From positions 1-21,247 of the forward strand of contig JAXDQU010000016.1 in the NCBI GenBank assembly GCA_034667685.1: a DNA stretch of 21,247 nucleotides, in the 5' to 3' direction. Below the pieces are notes generated by a model. The model did not search any database. It was given only the letters and a program-made list of their open reading frames with translations, and was not told the DNA's origin. Of the stretch, positions 16,726 to 21,247 are shown one piece after another (within the stretch, counting starts at the first letter, position 1; each line of letters begins with the position of its first letter). This DNA comes from Thermoplasmata archaeon. GTDB taxonomy: Archaea > Thermoplasmatota > SW-10-69-26 > JACQPN01 > JAJPHT01. Made by a program: the position numbers and the translations under genes.

Positions 16726-16865
16726 GTCTATTTTTTGGGCGCGACTGGACGTACCCCGGATCGTTCGGCCCGGCCGCGCCCGCGTCTTTGTCGATAGTAC
16801 CAGAAACGTCCAGCCCTCGCGCGCGACCGGTGGGCGCAGCCACCCCGCCAGGGGGAAGAGACACC

Positions 16866-17540
16866 ATGATCGCGAAGACCTCCCTCCTCACGTCGCTCGT
16901 GCTCGCGTGCACGCTGGCGCTCGCGTCCCCGCTGGTCGCCGCCCAGGACAACTCCGCCATGCGCGGACAGGACTCCGAGTTCGGCACGGTGCGCACCGTC
17001 TACAGCGTGACGGTGAGCGGCCAGCCCGTCCAGATCACGGGCCACGCCATCCTGAAGAACATGTACACGGACCAGAACAGCCGCTTCTTCATGTTCAGCA
17101 TCAGCGTGGAGAACTCGCCCTCGCTGGGCATCAAGTTCGACCACCTGATCCGCACCGACAAGAACACCGAGCTGCCCTGCGTGCGCCCCGTCGAAGGCGA
17201 CGCGCACAGCAGCCTGCGCTGCTTCGTGGACCTCAAGGACCTCCCGCCCCCGGGCACCGAGATCCTCGTCGAGGGCACGCTGGACGCGCCCCGCCAGGGC
17301 ACGTTCCAGGTCGGCTACAACGTGATCGCGTTCGACTACAACTACCAGAAGATCAAGATGAGCAACGGCCTGGAGGCCGAGCTCTTCGCGTACTCGGACG
17401 TGAGCGTCACGAAGGCGACCGCGCAGGGGAGCAGCGGCCTCATCGGCATGGGCAACAAGGTGCCCGGCGTGGATGTGCTCGGCACCGCGCTGGCCGCCGT
17501 CGCCGCCGTGGGCCTGATCGCCTTCCGGCGCCGCCGCTGA
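16866..17540 (+). CDS. Cell-surface protein with signal peptide and PGF-CTERM-like archaeosortase sorting tail
   Basis: N-terminal signal peptide; C-terminal VPGVD + hydrophobic helix + RRRR. Confidence 0.82.
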   Translation: MIAKTSLLTSLVLACTLALASPLVAAQDNSAMRGQDSEFGTVRTVYSVTVSGQPVQITGHAILKNMYTDQNSRFFMFSISVENSPSLGIKFDHLIRTDKNTELPCVRPVEGDAHSSLRCFVDLKDLPPPGTEILVEGTLDAPRQGTFQVGYNVIAFDYNYQKIKMSNGLEAELFAYSDVSVTKATAQGSSGLIGMGNKVPGVDVLGTALAAVAAVGLIAFRRRR

Positions 17541-17545
17541 GTCCC

Positions 17546-17604
17546 TCGGGCTCGGGCTCGAAAGAGGGCTCGGGCTCGGGGGCCCTGGCCCGCTTTCGAG
17601 CCCG
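17546..17604. repeat. GGGCTC hexamer-based hairpin (possible terminator)
   Basis: CGGGCTCGAAAG (17553-17564) pairs with CTTTCGAGCCCG (17593-17604); four GGGCTC units. Confidence 0.65.
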
Positions 17605-17648
17605 CGTCTTCAGCCACCTTCAAGGCGGAGGCCCGCCCTGGCGACCTC

Positions 17649-18608
17649 GTGCAGGTCGCCGGCGGGAACGGCATCGAGGTCGTCTCCGGCGGACGCACGC
17701 TTTTTCTCGATCCCAAGCGCGCGATCGAGGGCTCGGTCGTCACGCACGGGCACACCGACCACCTCACGCCCGACGCGCACATGACGCCGCCCACACTCGA
17801 CTTCCTCAAGATCCGGAAGCCGGCGCGCACCGGCACCTCGCTCCCCTACGGCAAGACGGTGGACATCCACGGCATGCGCGTGCTGCTCCACGACGCGGGG
17901 CACATCTTCGGGAGCGCCATGGTCGAGGTCACCACACCCGAGGGCAACCTGCTCTACACGGGCGACTTCAACCCGCGCGGCAGCTCCACCACCGGCAAGG
18001 CGGAGCCACGCGAGGCGCGCGTGCTCGTCACCGAGTCGACGTACGGCGACCCGCGCTTCGACCTTCCCCCGCGCGAGCTGATCCTCGAGTCGCTGGAGGC
18101 CTGGACGCTCAAGGGGCTGCTCAAGGGCCCCGTCGCGCTGGGCGCCTACCCGCTGGGCCGCGCGCAGGAGCTGATCCACCTCGCCAACCGCGCCGGCGTC
18201 ACGCCCGTCGTCTCGCCCGAGATCGGCGCCCTCAGCGCGGTCTACAACGCGCACGGCCACGACCTCGCCTACGCCATCCTGGGCACCGAGCGGGCGCGCG
18301 ACCTGGACGGCTCCGGCGCGCTGCACGTCGTCCCGCGCGAGTGGCTCAAGCGCGACCACGCCTTCGCCCGCGGCCTCGAAGCGCGCGGCGGAGCGGCCGC
18401 CTACCTCTCGGGCTGGTGCCACCGCTACAGCTACTTCAACGCGTTCGCCATCCAGGCGCAGTTCGCGCTCTCCGACCACGCGAGCTTCTCCGACCTCATC
18501 GCCTTTGCGCAGGCCTGCAAGCCGCAGCGCGTCTACACGATGCACGGCGCGGCGGCGGCGCTCGCGAAGGAGCTTCGCAAGAAGGGATTGAAAGCGGAGC
18601 CTCTCTGA
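17649..18608 (+). CDS. MBL-fold beta-CASP-type nuclease (RNA-processing exonuclease-like)
   Basis: THGHTDH, AGHIFGSAM, YTGDF, TESTYG, LGRAQE, SDHASF, MHG. Confidence 0.9.
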   Translation: MQVAGGNGIEVVSGGRTLFLDPKRAIEGSVVTHGHTDHLTPDAHMTPPTLDFLKIRKPARTGTSLPYGKTVDIHGMRVLLHDAGHIFGSAMVEVTTPEGNLLYTGDFNPRGSSTTGKAEPREARVLVTESTYGDPRFDLPPRELILESLEAWTLKGLLKGPVALGAYPLGRAQELIHLANRAGVTPVVSPEIGALSAVYNAHGHDLAYAILGTERARDLDGSGALHVVPREWLKRDHAFARGLEARGGAAAYLSGWCHRYSYFNAFAIQAQFALSDHASFSDLIAFAQACKPQRVYTMHGAAAALAKELRKKGLKAEPL

Positions 18609-18721
18609 GGAAAAGGATTGGCCCGCCGCAAACGTGAGGAGGCTTTCACGCGGCGGGCCCTGGGAGGCTGTCTTCCCGGAGAACCGGGGCTACGAACCCC
18701 GCGCCAAAGGCACGGGGCCCT
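18609..18721 (-). ncRNA. Candidate structured small RNA (~110 nt)
   Basis: CTTATGT box (18751-18745) at the spacing used by neighbouring genes but with no ORF downstream; successive hairpins; final GC stem followed by CCUUUU. Confidence 0.45.
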
Positions 18722-18800
18722 TGCGTCACCGTTCCCGCGCGCGAACATAAGCTGCTCGGTTCTTCACGAGGTCCGGTCGTCACCGTGCCGGCGGGATCCG

Positions 18801-18908
18801 TCAGCCGTCCGACCGGCCGGTCGCGTGCTTGCGGACGCGGACCTCATGCTTGTCCGCCTCGCCGACGTAGGCGCGCAGGATCAGCGCCCGCTCCGGGATC
18901 TCGTCCAT
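18801..18908 (-). pseudogene. DUF190 (PII-like, Fluc-associated) remnant with internal in-frame deletion
   Basis: GAGGTGA RBS overlapping the crcB stop. 35-aa ORF MDEIPERALILRAYVGEADKHEVRVRKHATGRSDG reads as the DUF190 N-terminal motif (LRIFIGESD-like) joined to a C-terminal-like EVRVRK. Confidence 0.7.
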
Positions 18909-18912
18909 GATA

Positions 18913-19305
18913 TCACCTCGCCGCCGGGATCGCCAACGCCACCGCGCGCCCCAGGAGCGCCATGCCGAGGCTTCCCGCCACCGTCAACGTCGCGTAGCCC
19001 ACCGCGCGGAGCGTCTCGCCGTCGTCCAGGAACGCGGAGGTCTCGTACGCGAAGCTGCTCATCGTCGTGAAGCCGCCCAGCACGCCCGTGACGAGCAGCA
19101 GGCGCGCGTCGGGGCCGAGCCACCCCTGCTGGATCGCGCCGAACATCAGCACGCCGATGACGAACGAGCCCAGGAGGTTCACCGCCACCGTGCCCCAGGG
19201 AAAGTCGTCGCGCGTGAGCCAGACGCCCACGAGATATCGAAGCACGCAGCCGGCCGCGCCGCCCAACGCCACGAGCGCCGCGGCGCGCCACGACCAGTCC
19301 GCCAT
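18913..19305 (-). CDS. crcB: Fluoride efflux channel Fluc
   Basis: GGAAGCVLRY, FPWGTVAVNLLGSF, GVLGGFTTMSSFAYE. Confidence 0.95.
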   Translation of the reverse strand: MADWSWRAAALVALGGAAGCVLRYLVGVWLTRDDFPWGTVAVNLLGSFVIGVLMFGAIQQGWLGPDARLLLVTGVLGGFTTMSSFAYETSAFLDDGETLRAVGYATLTVAGSLGMALLGRAVALAIPAAR

Positions 19306-19377
19306 GCGCGGCGCAAGCCGGACGCTCGCGCAAAGCATTGTCGCTCCCTTCATGCAAGGCACGGGGCTGCGCGGCCG

Positions 19378-20127
19378 ATGGCGGACACCCCAACCCTGCG
19401 CGTCGGCGCCCTTCTCACCGAGACGTGGGAGCTCGTCAAGGCGCACCCGGTCACGCTCCTGCTCCCCTTCGCCCTGCTCGGCCTCATCGGCGGCAGCGGG
19501 CGCAGCCGTGGCATGTACGGCGCGCCCCCCAACATGACGCCGGCGAACTGGCTCGCCTACCTTCCCTTCTTCGCGCTCCTGGGCATCGTCGCCCTCGCCA
19601 TCCTCGTCCTCCTCTTCCTCGCCTACGTGATCGTCTCGCTCATGACGACGCGCGCCGCCCTCGTCGCCACCCGCGAGAACCGCGAGCTCGACTTCGGCGA
19701 GCAGTGGCGCGAGATCCAGCCGCTCTTCGTCCCCACCATCGGCACCGCGCTCCTCTGGGGCCTCGCGGTCGTGGTCGGCCTCATCCTCGTCATCGTCCCC
19801 GGCCTCATCGTCATCACGGCGCTCCTTCCGTGGGTCACCGTCGTCGTCGCCGAAGGCAAGACCGGCACCGACGCCCTCCGTCGCGCCTGGGACCTGACCA
19901 AGGGGCACCGCTGGCCCCTCTTCGGAAGCTGGTTCCTCGTCGCGCTCGCCGGCGGCATCGGAAGCGCCATTCTCAGCCCGCTCCCCATCGTCGGCGGCGC
20001 ACTGGGCGGCATCGTGAATGGCGCCTGCCTCGCCGCGAACGTCGCCCTCGCAACGCTCGCGTACGAGCACCTTCGCCAGGATCCCTCGCACCACGCCGCG
20101 GTCGTGGCCCAGGCGCCCATGCCGTGA
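19378..20127 (+). CDS. Polytopic membrane protein (GPDPase-membrane-domain-like family)
   Basis: About six TM helices; GLILVIVPG; DALRRAWDLTKGHRW; AYEHL. Confidence 0.85.
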   Translation: MADTPTLRVGALLTETWELVKAHPVTLLLPFALLGLIGGSGRSRGMYGAPPNMTPANWLAYLPFFALLGIVALAILVLLFLAYVIVSLMTTRAALVATRENRELDFGEQWREIQPLFVPTIGTALLWGLAVVVGLILVIVPGLIVITALLPWVTVVVAEGKTGTDALRRAWDLTKGHRWPLFGSWFLVALAGGIGSAILSPLPIVGGALGGIVNGACLAANVALATLAYEHLRQDPSHHAAVVAQAPMP

Positions 20128-20172
20128 GCGGAAACGCGGCAGCCTTACGCATCAGCAGCCCATCGCGAGGCC

Positions 20173-20745
20173 ATGCCCGCCACAAGCCAAAGCCAGGAGT
20201 TCGGCTTCGAGTCGCTGCTGCGCGGCGCCTCCGACCTCCTTCGCGCGTACCCGCTCCTGCTCGCCGGACCGCTCGTCCTCCTGGGCATCCTCGCCGCGGG
20301 CCCGGGCGGCGTCTACGCCGTCTCCGCCCGCCCCTGGTGGTCCCTCGGCTTCGCCGCGCTCGCGTTCCTCGCGGGCCTCATCGCGCTGGCCCTCGCGGCG
20401 CTCCAGATCGGATTGTGGTTCGTCACGTTCGAAGCGTCGCGCCGCGCGCTCGCCACCGGCCGCGCCCCCGACCTCGCGAGCGCGTGGGCCTCCGTGAAGT
20501 GGCACTTCGGAGGCGGCCGGCTCGGCGCGTCGTTCGGCAAGGCGTGGGCGCTCGCGGAGGATCACCTCGGCGCGCTGCTCGTCGCGATCCTCGTCCTCGT
20601 CGTCGCCGAGTGGCTCGCCAGCGCCGTCCTCCACTTCATCCCGCTCGTGGGCTTCGCGCTCGCCGGCATCGTGGGCGGCGTCTTCGCCGCGGCGACCGCT
20701 GCGCTGATGGCCGTCTATTACCACCGCAAGGGCGCGCCGGCGTAG
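20173..20745 (+). CDS. Shorter paralogue of the preceding membrane protein
   Basis: Colinear motifs (PLLL, DLASAW, SFGKAWAL, IPLVG, YY) but lacks ~40 central residues. Confidence 0.8.
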   Translation: MPATSQSQEFGFESLLRGASDLLRAYPLLLAGPLVLLGILAAGPGGVYAVSARPWWSLGFAALAFLAGLIALALAALQIGLWFVTFEASRRALATGRAPDLASAWASVKWHFGGGRLGASFGKAWALAEDHLGALLVAILVLVVAEWLASAVLHFIPLVGFALAGIVGGVFAAATAALMAVYYHRKGAPA

Positions 20746-20752
20746 GCTCGGC

Positions 20753-21079
20753 CTAGAGCGTGAACTGGCTGATGCAGGCCAGGCAGATGGGCGCGCAGAT
20801 CGTGGCGAACCGGAGGTTCCCCACGTTGCCGCTGAAGCACTCGGCCGTCTGGGTCGACGAGGTCACGCACGCGCTGAGCACGCAGGGGGCGCCGCAGTGC
20901 GTCCCGGAGCTCGAGAGGCAGATGCTGGGCTCGCTGTGGCTGCCAGGGTCGAGGCTCAGGCAGGAGCCCGTGACGTTCGGATCGTAGAGGACGTTGCAGC
21001 TTCCCGCGGAAACCACGGGAACCGACAGCGCGAGGAGGGTGAACGCGACGATGGCGGGAAGGGTCAGCATGGGCCTCAT
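20753..21079 (-). CDS. Secreted Cys-rich small protein D (10 Cys)
   Basis: Signal peptide ending VVSA; 10 Cys in ~83-aa Ser/Thr-rich mature part; start 21079 or 21070. Confidence 0.7.
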   Translation of the reverse strand: MRPMLTLPAIVAFTLLALSVPVVSAGSCNVLYDPNVTGSCLSLDPGSHSEPSICLSSSGTHCGAPCVLSACVTSSTQTAECFSGNVGNLRFATICAPICLACISQFTL

Positions 21080-21164
21080 GTAACCAAGCCTCGCGGCGTC
21101 ACCCTCGTGGGCGACCAAATAGTTGCCTCGACGAATTCTATCATTTTATTCCACGTCTGGCCAG

Positions 21165-21241
21165 GCTTCGCTTGCCGCCATCACGCGAACACGCCAACAC
21201 GCGGCGTGTTGGCGTGTTCGCGTGATGGCGGCAAGCGAAGC
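21165..21241. repeat. Perfect 38-bp inverted repeat, same family as 598-709
   Basis: 21165-21202 is the exact reverse complement of 21204-21241; units cgccatca cgcgaaca cgccaaca; GCTTCGC/GCGAAGC termini shared with 598-709. Confidence 0.9.
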
Positions 21242-21247
21242 GCCACG

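Noticed and set aside
18690-18735. c-di-GMP-I riboswitch (GACGCAA...GCGGGGUU on the minus strand)
   Set aside because: The P1/GCAAAC and GNRA elements are missing and there is no downstream gene.
18707-19367. 12-nt direct repeat AAGGCACGGGGC (18707-18718 and 19356-19367) flanking crcB
   Set aside because: Too short to separate from chance in GC-rich DNA, and there is no recombinase or other cassette evidence.
19306-19377. Fluoride riboswitch upstream of crcB
   Set aside because: No GGCGAUG...UGAUG-type core; the gene appears leaderless.
99-20756. Long Arg/Ala/Gly-rich ORFs (99-1364, 2810-4867, 4998-7562, 11406-12938, 16907-18637, 19338-20756 and others) and the long N-terminal extensions of real genes
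   Set aside because: Shadow frames caused by high GC; they overlap genes with clear motifs and better codon bias.

Overview
Very GC-rich, gene-dense window that looks archaeal. It carries diphthine-ammonia ligase, GAGGTGA-type Shine-Dalgarno sites, a PGF-CTERM-like sorting tail, and degenerate TATA-like CTTnAn boxes 27-32 nt upstream of apparently leaderless starts; a Thermoplasmatota-type host is my inference. About 26 credible CDS plus one pseudogene. Recognisable genes: carbon-nitrogen hydrolase, DUF1801 protein, Asp-box lipoprotein, Dph6, MtaD-like deaminase, DPM-synthase/flippase-like/GT4 glycosylation cluster, beta-CASP MBL nuclease, Fluc. Unexplained highlights: (1) an operon of three secreted, modular, Cys-rich peptides built from a shuffled 4-Cys unit, plus an unrelated 10-Cys peptide; (2) a divergent pair resembling the alpha-barrel and beta (DUF4430) halves of a transcobalamin-like B12 binder, with a palindromic operator between them; (3) several unrelated, partly nested families of palindromes built from 6-, 8- and 9-nt tandem units in many intergenic spaces; (4) a candidate ~110-nt sRNA with its own promoter and CCUCC motifs; (5) two apparently catalytically dead nuclease-fold proteins; (6) two neighbouring genes with in-frame internal deletions. 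No rRNA, tRNA, CRISPR array or transposase was seen. All family calls come from reading motifs by eye; no searches were run.
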